A DNA stretch of 64,000 bases from Felis catus (Eukaryota), in the NCBI RefSeq assembly GCF_018350175.1, contig NC_058386.1, positions 126,976,001-127,040,000 on the forward strand. The letters are read 5' to 3'. Position 1 is the first letter of the stretch, and the number at the start of each line of letters is the position of its first letter. Below the pieces are notes generated by a model. The model did not search any database. It saw only the letters and a list, made by a program, of their open reading frames with translations, and had not been told where the DNA came from. Of the stretch, positions 24,068 to 35,795 are shown piece after piece. The position numbers and the translations under genes were made by a program.

Positions 24068-25142
24068 AGAGGTCAACTTCACTTCCATTATTCCTGTGTT
24101 TTCCAGCCAGCAGCCTCTACACTCCATCATAGACATCAAGTATCTCCTGCTTCTCTTCTTCTGTGCCTTCCTCCTCCCTGCTGCGGCATATCTGAATGGC
24201 TTCTATAGGCATCTGTCGGTACAAGTTGATATGGCCCTACTCTGAGCTCGATGGCAACGGAAGAGACCATAGACGTTAGCTCTTCTCCCAGCACACTCCC
24301 CACTTGACTAATCTGTAGGTCAGCAAAAATGTTCCTTTCCCTCCTCCCATATAAGATACTTAACAGAGCATGGTATAAGATGGCCCAGCTTGGAGGATGA
24401 GTGGATCCTCAGAGGTTGTCGCAGACTTGCTTTGGAAAGAAATAATAAGCATATAGATACCTTATGTGTTGCATGGAAAGGAACTGAATATATTTGCCTT
24501 TAAGCATGAAAGACTTGGTATCTTGGTGTCTACTTTCTTTTTTTTAGTTGCTTTTAGATTACAGAAAGAGAGCTATTTATATGCTTGCTGTAATTATCCT
24601 GACCAAAATGGCAGTATAAGCACTATAATTGAAAAATCTGAATATGGAATGAACTTGTGCTGAGCTGAAGGTATTGTGTTTGGAGGGAACGTCTTTAGGG
24701 AAACCAACCAATAGATACACTGTTGAATGGTCAAACTTAGTGAATCACTTAAAGGTGTTAAGATACTATCCAGGGATGTATTCCACCATAAAGCAACTCA
24801 TGGCTATTTCCACAGGGTTTTTTCATGGTGAAATAAGTGACTTTAGGTGGGAGATGGAAGAAGCTCTTGGATTTTTATCTCATAGGAACGGTTTTAAGCT
24901 TTGAAACGTTAAGTATTATTTACCTCTTGTCAAAACTTTAGGGGTAGCCATAGTTCCTGTGTGAAATTCTACTACTTCTCTACCTAGTTGGTATGAAATA
25001 TCTCACATTTGAGCCACAGTTTTAAAGAGCTGGCGTTCCAGGCATTCAGAGTGGAGAACAATAGCAGCGACATGTGTGAAGTAAATTGTTGCCATCCTCC
25101 AACACTGTGTCAGTGACCCCACCTCTTCGAATTATTCTTCAA

Positions 25143-25148
25143 AATAAA
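25143..25148 (+). terminator. Candidate FUNDC2 polyadenylation signal
   Basis: AATAAA noticed ~1.07 kb after the stop codon; usage not demonstrable from sequence. Confidence 0.4.
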
Positions 25149-26519
25149 AGTTTACAGACACATACACATGCTTAGAATCTTAGCACATTTTGTTATAATA
25201 GCCCATTACCATGTCTGCAGCCTCATCTAGAATATCCACTTCTGGAGGGTAAGGCTTGTGTCTTCACCGTTACGATGGAACTGAGCACTTAGTAGGTGTT
25301 CAGTGTTTGTTGAATATATGAACGATGACCTCATATAAATGTATCCAGAAAAGGGACTGATCTAAAGAATTCTTGGAGACTTTTTGAGTTCTGAGAATGC
25401 AGAAAACTTAGAATTCCTAAACTTGCAGCTGATTGTTTGCAAAATGTATGTTTTTAAGGCCTTCTTTTAAAACATTTGCCTTTTTACTAATCTTGGGAAT
25501 GATGTATTGACTTTGTAAATTGTAGCTACCAATGGATGTGTGGAACTTTTTAGAATTCATCCACCTGCATTTTCCCCCTTACTTTAAGGCAACATGAAAG
25601 TTTTGCTTATAATTTGTATGAAGCATCCTCAAATCATAATGGTATGAGGCTCTGTGTTGCATATTTTGTATAAGAACTTAAAAACTTGCTATTACTTTTT
25701 ATTATGAAAACATATATGAAAACTTTATTATGAAAACAGATATATCTAAAAGTAGAGAAAGTACAATGAGCCTCATATATCTTATCACCTACCTGCAGTG
25801 ATCATCAGATTATAGCTTGTTTTATCAAGTGTTTTGAAACAAATACAGATGTATCATTTCATTATATTTAAGTACGTGTCTCTAAAAGGTAACAACTGTT
25901 TTTAAAAATCATGAATACAGTACCCTACTGTCATACCAAAAACTTAAGAGTAATCCCTTAATATCATCAGTTATCCGGCCAGTTTTCAAAATTTCCCATC
26001 TCCAAGGTTTTACATTTTGGTTTGTTTGAATCAGTATCCATATGACATATACCCACATTGCATTCAGATGGTCTGTTTAAGTCTCTTTTAATCCTGTATG
26101 TTCTTTTTTGCTTGTTTGTTTGTTTGTTTGTTTGTTTGTTTTTGGCCTGCAATATATTTATTGAAGACACTGAGTTATTTGTCCCTTAATTTTTCCCATT
26201 CTGCTTCTGAGGCCTGGGTCCCTGGGTTATGCTATGTCATTCACCCAGCCCAATAGAATGGTGACTGATTTACTTAAGTAAGTCATAACTGAAGTGCCCT
26301 GTGCCCCTGTGGGTTGCATGACAGGGAGAGTGGCCACTGGCTGCCTCTCTAGTGGGGTGGGAGTTGCCTTATATCCATCCGTTTTTCCGTGATTATTGGC
26401 CATGACAACAGAGATGGGCAGGTCATTCTAAGCTTTGAGCAGGTTGTCGTAGATAATAGGTTGAAATAAGATCCATAGGCCTCTCCTGAAGTTTATTCCC
26501 AGCTGGCTGCTTCTGGGCC

Positions 26520-27360
26520 CTAAGGTGCACGGTGAAGGTCAGTGTTGCAGGTCGGCCTCCCGCTGCCGCTGTGAGAATGAGCCTGAGCTCTGCCCACCGC
26601 TCTGGGGCCTGTGGGGGAGGACTGGGTGCGTGCATTTGTGGAGTCTCTACTTTGAGGCCCTGTTGCCAGCGGCATTGCTTGAAGATAGTGAAGTGGGAGG
26701 TAAGATTTCCCCCCAAAGAACAGCTGCCAGCCCTTCGTGCAAAACCGAGCTACGAGGAGCCGGCAACTATTTTCATTTGATTACCGAGGCCTGTTTAGCG
26801 AGGCACGCTTTTCTCCAGTACCCCGGGTGCAATAACGTGTTGGGCTTCCTTTTTAGTGGTGGAGGAAGAGACCGGTTTTTCCTTGACCGACAGAGGTATG
26901 CAGCGTGGCCGGGGTTTTGGCGCCCCCTGCTGGCAGGCGTGTGGTAACAGCACATTTGGGCCTGCCCTACCCGGTGGCCCGAACACTCGTGAGGTTTTTC
27001 TCCCCTTTGCCCCTCGGCCCCGTGCATCCCACCGCGCCCTGTCTGTCCCCTCCCGAGTCACCTTGGCTCCTCCCGGCGTCCTCGCACTCCGGGCCACCCT
27101 CTGACCCACAGTCGCTCCCGCGATGGGACTAGGTAGGATGGGGACGTGGGCCTGATAAGAGCAGAGCTCTAATGCCTGAGTTCCTTCTCCCTGAAGTTCG
27201 CCCTGGTGTCACAGGAGATGGGAAAGGGGTCCGGGGTCGCTTTCAGTTTAGGGCTGCTGCCGCTCAGCCTCAAAAACAACTCGTGTTTTCAGTCCCGCTG
27301 AGGTGCCGCGTCATTGCTGAGCAGCCCGGTTATCATTAGTGTCATCATCTTAAGGTACGT
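26520..27360. promoter_or_regulatory. Orphan CpG-rich island between the convergent FUNDC2 and CMC4 3' ends
   Basis: Hand count ~48 CpG in ~840 bp, far denser than the CpG-poor flanks; no recognisable repeat or gene start. Confidence 0.65.
26919..26935 (-). promoter_or_regulatory. CTCF core motif
   Basis: Minus strand TGCCAGCAGGGGGCGCC matches the CTCF core CCASYAGRKGGCRS exactly. Confidence 0.7.
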
Positions 27361-29620
27361 TTTCTTCCCGCTGCCTGTGTGGACTTCACGTTTGCTCCCA
27401 GTCTCTCACCACTGAGTTTCAGGACATTCATCAAACCCCGGGAGTCTTGGTTCCCCTCCCCTCCCCTCCCCTCCCCTCCTCTCCCTCGGTCAGAGTGCCC
27501 CTTACTGGACCTGGTCAGTTACTATCTCATGGATGCTGGCAGAAGACAGGACATTAATGAAGTTGCAGAACAGTATCCTAGAAGGAACAAACCTTTCGGA
27601 ACTCTAGGAACTCTGGCTAACATACTGATGGGTTGGGTGCTTCGGGTTTCAAAATGTGGCTACTGTATAGTTAACTACTGTAAGAATGTTCTATCATCCT
27701 TTGACACTCGGCAGCAGGATGGGCATGGCCAGTGGCTGGGCTCTTATTTGAAAACTCTACTTTTCTATAGTTTTAGAAAATACGATAAATCTCGACTTGA
27801 CAAAAATGATATAGAGATGGATTTGAAATTTCTGGAAATCACTAATGCTTCATGATGCTCTCAGTTTCTTCCCTGAGGGAAACTCCACGAAGGCAAAGTT
27901 AGACTGCTGCCCTCTCTGCTCCTTCCACCAACATATCCACATGGTTGCTTTGTCATGAAGTCCAGGGATGGGGCCTTCTTAATCACTTATACAAGGTTAG
28001 TGTGATCTCTTGGGGAATTGGGCAGAAAATATATATCCTATCCTGAAACTGATTTCCCAGAAATCATATGTTCTGTGATGTTTACTTCTTAAGGAATCAT
28101 GAACTTTAAGAGCACTGTTTTTCTAAACACACTTGATAGTGTTCCACTCTTTTCACGTTAAAAACAGTCGACTCACCTTATTGACTCACCTCAACTGTCT
28201 ACCTTTCTGAATTTAAAATGGTAAGAAGTACTATTAGGATTATTGAGAGCAGTGGAATGTTACAAAGTACTGATTTCACCAGTCGGGTTCCTCGGGGCAG
28301 CCTGACTTTTGGACACACCTCATGGGTTTCTCAAGAGCAGCCGAGGTTTACAAGCACTGAAGCACAGAGTTGGAACCTGGTGCTAAAAAAGTTAGAGCTC
28401 TGCTGTTAAGTGACTACTTAACAGACCTTTAAAGCCTTTTAAATTAAGTGCCATATAACCGGAGGCCTTCTGGATACCGAACACAAGTGTGATATTACAG
28501 TTTATTAAATGGTTAGGAGTTGTGGGGAGTGAATGCAGGGAGGGGAGTTGTCACATAATGGTAGATCAGGAGCTTCTGTCATCAATGGGTGCTGAAGTTC
28601 TTGGGTGAAAAGTAGTGGGATATGGCCCAACATATCACCCCACAAATGACGTACCCGTTATAAGGGGGAAGACTGACTTTCCAGTGGAAAGTTAACCAAG
28701 TGATTCACCTTGGCACCGCCAGCCCACTTAGAGGCTACAAGGGAGGAGACCATGGTTCTCACCGTCCCAGTTCCTCCCTGGAGACTGACATTCAGCACTA
28801 ACCATGGTCCCTAACACATAAAAACACTGGATGAATGTTCAACTTCTCTACTTTATTAGTGGCTATTTTATTTTTCTGTGTGCCATGATAGCTGAGAAGA
28901 ATCAGATTTAAATTAATGTCTGCCAATAGATGTTAACTTCAACTGAGACAGGACTGATTTTACAGATAGGAAGGAACAATGGATTTGAGGCTTTAAAAGG
29001 CCTAAATAAAGTAGTATACCCTAGAAGAAAAAAATTTAAAACAGTGTGAAACGAGTAGTTAACTCAATTAAAATAGTGTTTTTAATAAAGCACAGTCATG
29101 TAGTGGTTCCTAATGTAAATCCTAGTACCACTATCAACTTATAATTTTAAATGTAATTTATATTTTTATATGATGTAAACATAGTTGTAAATGTTTTATT
29201 AAATTGTTTCAGTCTTAACACAAGAGTTCACTTAAATGATTTCACGAGAACGTAGCACTGTCACCTTGGTCTGTGGATCAAACATCTCTAAGGCAGCACT
29301 GCTCCACGTCTCTCTGGAGAACGTTCACCCTCAGAGGTGCTGTCTGCAAAATGGGTTCGCTGGGCACACTGTGGCAAGTACTGCATACAGTAGTCCTTTC
29401 CAAAGGATCATAATTTACGGTAGCATTTTAAAAGCTTTGAAGTCTTACAGGAAAGACACCTGCTCCCTTATGTCCAACCTGGCATTCTCCAAACTTATCT
29501 GCCATGGAAATCTTTTCCCCCCTTGTCTTATAGCAATTCCTAGAAACACTTCAGGGAATGCTGCTTTAAAAGAACAGTTGGTCTCAAATGATAATGGTAT
29601 TTGAGTATCGGGGACTGCCT

Positions 29621-29808
29621 TATCTTAGTCCATTCACAGCAAGATGGCCGTCTGTGAACCAGGAAGGAGGTTCTCACCAGACACTGAATCTGCTGGGGCC
29701 TTGATCCTGGACTTGCAGCCTCCAGAGCTGTGAGGAATACATGTCTGTTGTTCATAAGCCACCTCATCTGTGGCATTTCGTTACAAGCAGTCTGAAGGGC
29801 CTGAGACA
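29621..29808 (+). mobile_element. MLT1A-like MaLR LTR, 3' half
   Basis: cagcaagatggccgtctgtgaaccagg...cagacactgaatctgctgg...ttgatcctggacttgcagcctccagagctgtgag...gagaca. Confidence 0.75.
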
Positions 29809-30491
29809 GGCACATAGCAGGATCTGTTTCTGCTCCTGCTTAGACAGTCATCTTTTTCTTTCTTTGGTTGGCGGGGAGGCAGGGTGGAATGATGGTGGTT
29901 CTAGCATCTGTTTGAGGAAAGGCAATGGCCTGTTTGCTACTGTCACTCCAGTACCACTACATTTAGCCGCAGACAACTGTCAACAGGCTTCCTTCAGCAG
30001 CCTTGTATTACCATCATCAGGAGCTGCTGTAATGTTTTGATTATAAAGATATAAAGAGTAGATAAACCATCTAAGTATTCTGTTGCTACCTGACTTCCAA
30101 TGAAGCATTTGTTCCCGTTTTCTCATGATAAATTAGGGGTCATTAACCATTATAAGAGTCATTTCTAGGCCTTTCCTACCAGTCACTGAACAAATATTAA
30201 GTGTCTTCTTGCTAGGCCCTGTGGTGGCGATGTAAAAGTGGAAGGAAATGCTCTTACTGGCATGCGAAAGGGTACTTTGCTCGGAATTACTGGAAATGCA
30301 GCAGGTACGGAGTTGGGTTAGAGACATCTTTGAATTTCGCCTGCATTGTGTGGAAGGTATCACAATTGTGGCACGGCAGGGGCGTCTTCCCACCTAGCAC
30401 AGGACTAATTTTAGGAACGGAACCAGTAGTCTGAAAAATGCTAAAGAGAATGCATTAACACCTATGTTTATAGCCTTAATACATTTAGTAC

Positions 30492-31194
30492 TCTTACGTG
30501 TTTCTTCCAACACCACCAAACGACTCTCCAATTCTCAGCAGACACTGACTAGATAGCCTACAGATTCAGTTATGACCCTATCTACCTGGAATCAGTGTCA
30601 GATCCCACAGGTTAAGGGCTCAGTCCAACAAGAGTGCCCCCAATTCAGACACCTGTCAAGTGCAGATTGTCACCTGTGCTTCTCACTCACTGGCTATAAA
30701 TGTCAGCTTCCCAATCACATTCGCCTTGGGTTTGATTCATTTGCTAGAGTAGCTCACAGAACTCGGAAAAAACATTTACTTAAACATTTACCAGCTTATT
30801 ATAAAGGATACAGATGAACAGCCAGATGGCGAGGTACATAGGGCAGGGTCCCATGCAGAGGAGCGCCTGTCCAAACCCAGTCCCTTGGGGTTTTTAAAGA
30901 GGCTTCATTACATAGGCCATTGGCGATTGATTCAACCTGGAGCCCCTCTCCCCTCCCGAAAGGTAGGGGGACTGGGGGGTTGAGAGTTCCAACCCTTGAA
31001 TCACACAGTTGGTTCCCCTGGCCACCAGACCCCATCCATAGGTTACTCAGGGGCTTTCCAAAAGTGACCTCATTAATGTGACAAGACACCTTTATCACTC
31101 TTATCACTTAGGAAATTCCAAGGGGTTTAGGAGCTCTGTGCCAGGAAAGGAGACAAAGACCAAATATATATTTCTTATAAGTCACAATATCACA
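30492..31194 (-). mobile_element. Solo LTR, MER21-like
   Basis: Minus strand begins TGTGATATTGTGACTTATAAGAAATATATATTTGGTCTTTG...; 5-bp TSD agtac at 30487-30491 and 31195-31199. Family name from memory. Confidence 0.65.
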
Positions 31195-31225
31195 AGTACT
31201 AAATCACACTTTTTCACTTCACAGG

Positions 31226-31250
31226 TTTATTTTAGCAGCTCGGTTTTATT
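31226..31250 (-). terminator. CMC4 polyadenylation signals (two AATAAA)
   Basis: tttatt at 31245-31250 and 31226-31231, ~180-200 nt after the CMC4 stop. Confidence 0.7.
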
Positions 31251-31430
31251 ACATTCTACGTATTTAATATATTTATATTTCTATCCATTCTGCATAGATG
31301 GCATATTCATTAACTTTTATAGTTGACTTTTTCATTTGGTATTTGCTGCTACCTGGCCTGAAGAATCAGGAAGACAAATACAACTCGCTTGGTGGAAACA
31401 TGGTGCAGCATTTCACTTGTCAGCAGAACT

Positions 31431-31579
31431 CTACTTTGCTGTAGGCTTCAGTGTCAGCTTTTCTTCCTCCTCGTTTTCAAATCCCGAACAGACGAGAGAT
31501 CTTCCCTTAGGATATCGAGCACAACACTTCCGCAGTTCTTGGATGACAGCCTGACACTTAGATTCCATGTAGTTGTTGG
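31431..31579 (-). CDS. CMC4: Cx9C motif-containing protein 4 (p8 MTCP1NB), last coding exon
   Basis: TTTTGCAG| (A)NNYMESKCQAVIQELRKCCARYPKGRSLVCSGFENEEEEKLTLKPTAK* ; 149 nt. Confidence 0.97.
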
Positions 31580-32164
31580 CTGCAAAACAGACACGCAGAC
31601 CCTAGTCATGATCTCACAGAGCTAAGGCCCGGGGAGGTTCAGATCAGTGCCTCCCACTCCTTTTAACTTTCTTGTATCTCCAGACGTGGAAGAAAGAGGA
31701 TGTACCCAGGTCCACTTAATTCTTTCTGATGTAGAGACCAATCAACAAGCTAATTACAAATAAAAGCACGATTTACAAAGTGGTTGAAGGAACTTTATAT
31801 ATCATTTCCTTTTCTTTAAAATTGATTTAATAGTCTATGTGCCCTCTTCTAGAACACGGGCAGCTGCAGAATCTACGCAAGCTCAGAATGGTTCTTACGC
31901 TTTTCAAGGGTTGTAAACCCACCCCACGTACCCACCCACACCCTATACAACAAAGACCTTTTGGCCTGCAAAGCCTAAAATATTTACTGTTTGGCCCTTT
32001 ACAGAAAATATGTGAAGACCCCTACTACACATAGACCCTAAGTCAAGGAGAACTTGACCTAAAGGTTCTAGGTCAGCTGCACTTGATCTGAATCCTCTGC
32101 TGCTAAAATGGGGTGCATGGGAGTTAGTCCAGGATTAAAAAAAGAAAACAATTCATGCTGAGTG

Positions 32165-32360
32165 GTTGAGTCCAGGCTTGGAGCCAGACCAAAGAGGTTC
32201 AAATCCTCACTGTGCCCCTTATAGTAGTGTGACCCTGGACAAGTTATATAACTTGTGTCAATTTCCCCATCTATAAAATGGGGGTCAATAATAGCATCTA
32301 CCTCATGGATGAAAGGATTAAATGACTTAATATGTTTAAAATCCTTATGGCTGTGCTTAA
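32165..32360 (+). mobile_element. MIR
   Basis: ggttgagtccaggcttggagccagac...tgtgaccctggacaag...ccccatctataaaatggggg...aggattaaatga. Confidence 0.8.
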
Positions 32361-32597
32361 TGCTAACTCTTAGCCCATCCACCCTCACTCCTCCCACACT
32401 GTAGCAAGGGAGTGTCTCTACCTTGATTCTTGTTCTTCCTTAGCCATAGGTTGCTAATTCAAATAAGGTAAGAATTTATTTGGGAGAAGGAATTGTGAAA
32501 AACAGTTTTTACTTTTCTTAAGTTTGGAGGAAGTGAAGAGAATGAATAAAGTAGCATTATCATTATACATTAATATTTTAGATTAAAAGATATTTAT

Positions 32598-32782
32598 GGG
32601 GGCGCCTGGGTGGCTCCGTCATTTGAGCACCCTACTTCGGCTCAGGTCATGATCTCGCAGTTCATGGATTTGAGCCCTGCATCGGGCTCTGTGCTGACAG
32701 CTCAGAGCCTGCAGCCTGCTTCGGATTCTGTGTCCCCCTCTCTCTCTCTGCCCCTCTCTCAAAAGTAAATAAACATTAAAAA
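32598..32782 (+). mobile_element. CanSINE in CMC4 intron 2
   Basis: Head ggggcgcctgggtggc; flanks aaaaga(ta)tttatg duplicated. Confidence 0.9.
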
Positions 32783-33324
32783 GATTTATGAAATATTGCT
32801 TACATCATAAAACGAAGAGTCCAAGAATGAAAGGTAAGAGTCAAAGGAAATAAACAAACAAGAGTTTTCTTTAGTGGTGAATCTCTGGGTAAATTTGTAA
32901 CATGTTTCCTTCTGACCCTTCTATATTTTCATAGGCATCCATCTCCATTAGTTAAATAATGGGAAAAATTATCAAAAGTGTCAGTTTTGAAATTCAAAAA
33001 GCCTTGTAGTTTTTTCTATCTGTTCTTCTGCCAATAATCATTTGCTGATTAAAAAAAAAAATCTTCTAGCATTTGGCCAAACTTTTTGGCCAATTTAAAA
33101 CCAGGTTGGGGGAGAAAACCAAGTGGACAAATCACATCAAATATGCTTTACTTGAAATTTGCTTTTACCTTTAAGACTTAGTTGCTAACTTCAGCAGCCT
33201 AAATTCCAGTTGTTTTTTTCAACCCCCACTTCCAACCTGATTGCTTTTAAAAAGTGAGTTGTCAGCCACAATGAAGTATAACCAACACATTTACAACTAG
33301 TCTTTTTAAAAAAGGACTTTGCTT

Positions 33325-33520
33325 GAGGAACCTGGGTTGCTCAGTTGGTTAAGCGTCTGACTCTTGATTCTGGCTCAGGTCATGATCTTGTGGTTCATGA
33401 GTTCAAGCCCCTATGTCGGGCTCTGCACTGACAGCACGGAGCCTGCTTGGGATTCTCTCTGACCCTCCCCCAGCTTATGCTCGCTCTTTCTCTCAAAATA
33501 AACAAACAAACATAAAAAAA
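33325..33520 (+). mobile_element. CanSINE in CMC4 intron 2
   Basis: Flanks aaaaa(g/a)gactttgct duplicated. Confidence 0.88.
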
Positions 33521-33534
33521 AGACTTTGCTCAGC

Positions 33535-33690
33535 TTAGTAACTCTCAACCCTGGCTGTACATTAAAATAACCTGGTTAGCTTTTTAGACTGATTCCTGCC
33601 CAGAACCCATCCTCAGGAAGTTCGATTTAATTGTTCTAGGCAAGTTTTTAAAGCTCTTCAGGTGATTCTAATGTACAACCAGGATTGCAA
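33535..33690. mobile_element. MER5-like hAT-Charlie relic
   Basis: ctctcaaccctggctgtacatt...caggtgattctaatgtacaaccaggattg. Confidence 0.65.
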
Positions 33691-33884
33691 ACAGCAAGCT
33701 TATATCACATCACTTTTTATTTTCTGCATCTTTGATGATACAATGAGGAAAATCTTCAGGCTAATTACAGAAATATTACATTTGAGAGGAGTTAATATTG
33801 TCTGCTAATAAAAAGAAAAATCGGTCTCTTGTAGTTAATTCACAGGTAAAGTGGAAAAATATAAAAAAGCGTTTCACATACTAC

Positions 33885-33942
33885 CTTGTAAACATTTCTG
33901 TATTTCACAGGCTTGTTTCTGGCACGGATCCTTCTGCGGCAT
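33885..33942 (-). CDS. CMC4: CMC4 first coding exon (exon 33885-33952 incl. 10-nt UTR)
   Basis: TATTTTAG|ttttctggat ATG: MPQKDPCQKQACEIQKCLQ(A) |GTAGTA; 58+149 = 207 nt = 68 aa + stop with the CMC4 cysteine pattern. Confidence 0.97.
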
Positions 33943-35389
33943 ATCCAGAAAACTAAAATAAGAAAAATGATTTTTATTTTGTCTTTTATCCATAAAGACT
34001 TTAAAGCCCTTATAGATGGAATTTTCTTCTGAGACAACTAGGTATGCTAGAAAACATTTGCACTAAAAAATACTCTTCCCATTCATAGGATGAATCAAGT
34101 GTATTTTTATAATATCCATTTCATTCAATTTGGAAGCTATGAGTAGCTTTACATGAAAAAAGAACCCTTGAATTCAATCAACTCATCTTGAATACTGTAA
34201 ACCAATGTTGGGCTAGAGGAGCCCACTGCTCAGATCTATCATTCACAGAACCACTCTTGGTAAGTCATTAAACTCCTTGCAATTTTTCCGTATAATTCAT
34301 GTGTAAATTGGGGACCATTCCTACCCAACTCCAAGCATTAATGGAAGGACTAAGTGTGATAAAATACATAAAGTACACACAATAGCGCCTGGAAGGAAGG
34401 CAGTAAGGACTCAATACATGGTAGCCGTGATTCCCAAGATGTAAAAAGTAAAAACCTTACTTTTAATGTACATAAACAGTTATGACTACTTTAACTCAGG
34501 AAATTATCAGGTAGTAAATGCTTTCCTAGGAATCAGCAATATTTGGTGCTATTATTACTTCCTGAGAAAGGTGCTAGGTAAGCAGCTAAAATATTTTTTG
34601 GAGCTCTTACAGAAACCAACTTATTTAAAATATCTATAACCAGAGAACGAATTTAAGTGCCCATGATTTTGATCGGCAACTTCTAATAATTTGAAGGCAC
34701 AACTGCAGAAAGGAAAAAGGCCCAGGAGCCTTGGTAGCTAATTTCATTAATTGAAACGACCTCCTTTTGTTTCAGAGCCCCCTAAATTCTCAGTAGATCC
34801 AAGTTAGGTCAGTACTGGGATGGGAAACACCGGAGCAAAACCTCGGATATTTACAGGACGGGAGAAGGAAAGGCAGGTGAATTGCTGCAGGGCAAATAAG
34901 CGACAAATAGATGTTGATGCTGCTAGCAGCTGCTCTCTTCTCTCTAAATCAGTACCAAGTCCTTGGCGGTCAGGTGCTGACTTTTGTGGGACTCATCAGA
35001 TCCCAGTTCCAGCTGATGATGTCCATGAAAGGTTCCATGGCAATTTCCAAAGGAGTCGACTTCAAGTTACGTGTCCTGACTAAGTGCTTTTGTTGACTTG
35101 CTTTCTGCCTGTGTAACCCCCTCTCTGCAGTTCCACTTGTGCTGTTGGTCATGACCCTTCCTACGCTTCTGCGTTCTTGAGCAGTTGTTCAACCCACTCC
35201 CTCCCCCCAGGCCCACAGGTGGGTGCACTGCAGTGGTGGATGAAGTGATTGCCATGTACTGAACAGAACAGAGGAGCATATCTTCCTAGAATCCCAGCAC
35301 CTGGAAAAAAAATAGATCATTAAAATCACCACAGCCAAAGAGAGTGAAAAAGAAGGGAGAACGGGGGATAAATAGAAATACATACCAGG

Positions 35390-35437
35390 TTAATCATCAG
35401 GCAAAAGCTTAAGCAACAGCTCCTGTACTCCCCTGAC
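35390..35437 (-). CDS. MTCP1: MTCP1 (p13, TCL1 family) last coding exon
   Basis: TTTCTGACAG| VRGVQELLLKLLPDD* then CCTG|GTATGT; matches the p13 MTCP1 C-terminus. Next (3' UTR) exon acceptor TTTTTCCAG| at 35300. Confidence 0.95.
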   Translation of the reverse strand, partial: VRGVQELLLKLLPDD

Positions 35438-35518
35438 CTGTCAGAAAAAGAAAAGTTTATAGAGTACTCCGTTGTAAGAGCCCCAGTACAATGGAAAATG
35501 ATTAAGCAACATGGGTAC

Positions 35519-35521
35519 CAT
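35519..35521 (-). CDS. MTCP1: Visible last codon (ATG) of MTCP1 coding exon 3; remainder in gap
   Basis: ATG|GTACCC at gap edge fits ...HHLM|VRGV; 81-nt intron to the last coding exon. Confidence 0.7.
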
Positions 35522-35709
35522 NNNNNNNNNNNNNNNNNNNNNNNNNNNNNNNNNNNNNNNNNNNNNNNNNNNNNNNNNNNNNNNNNNNNNNNNNNNNNNN
35601 NNNNNNNNNNNNNNNNNNNNNNNNNNNNNNNNNNNNNNNNNNNNNNNNNNNNNNNNNNNNNNNNNNNNNNNNNNNNNNNNNNNNNNNNNNNNNNNNNNNN
35701 NNNNNNNNN
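35522..35709. other. Assembly gap (188 N), expected to contain most of MTCP1 exon 3
   Basis: N run; pyrimidine tract (cctttgcttttatttt, minus strand) enters the gap from the right. Confidence 0.9.
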
Positions 35710-35795
35710 AAAAATAAAAGCAAAGGTTTCAGGATACTGAGACTGGCTAGAAACCAAGTTGCTTCAAAGCAAAATCGATAAAAAATAAGCAAAAT

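Noticed and set aside
25697-25745. Short local duplications (also 38176-38212 and 48474-48508)
   Set aside because: Ordinary slippage-type duplications in AT-rich DNA with no supporting context.
26525-26947. 140-aa ORF with PP..W and VHLW, superficially like TCL1-family motifs, near MTCP1
   Set aside because: No overall similarity (no WQLYP or YxDE motifs); short matches are expected by chance.
27379-27855. 158-aa ORF downstream of the orphan island
   Set aside because: Non-ATG start, no recognisable domain; a few open frames of this length are expected by chance in 64 kb. Kept only as a test target.
35067-35279. 70-aa minus ORF initially considered as MTCP1
   Set aside because: Does not resemble p13; lies in the MTCP1 3' UTR exon.
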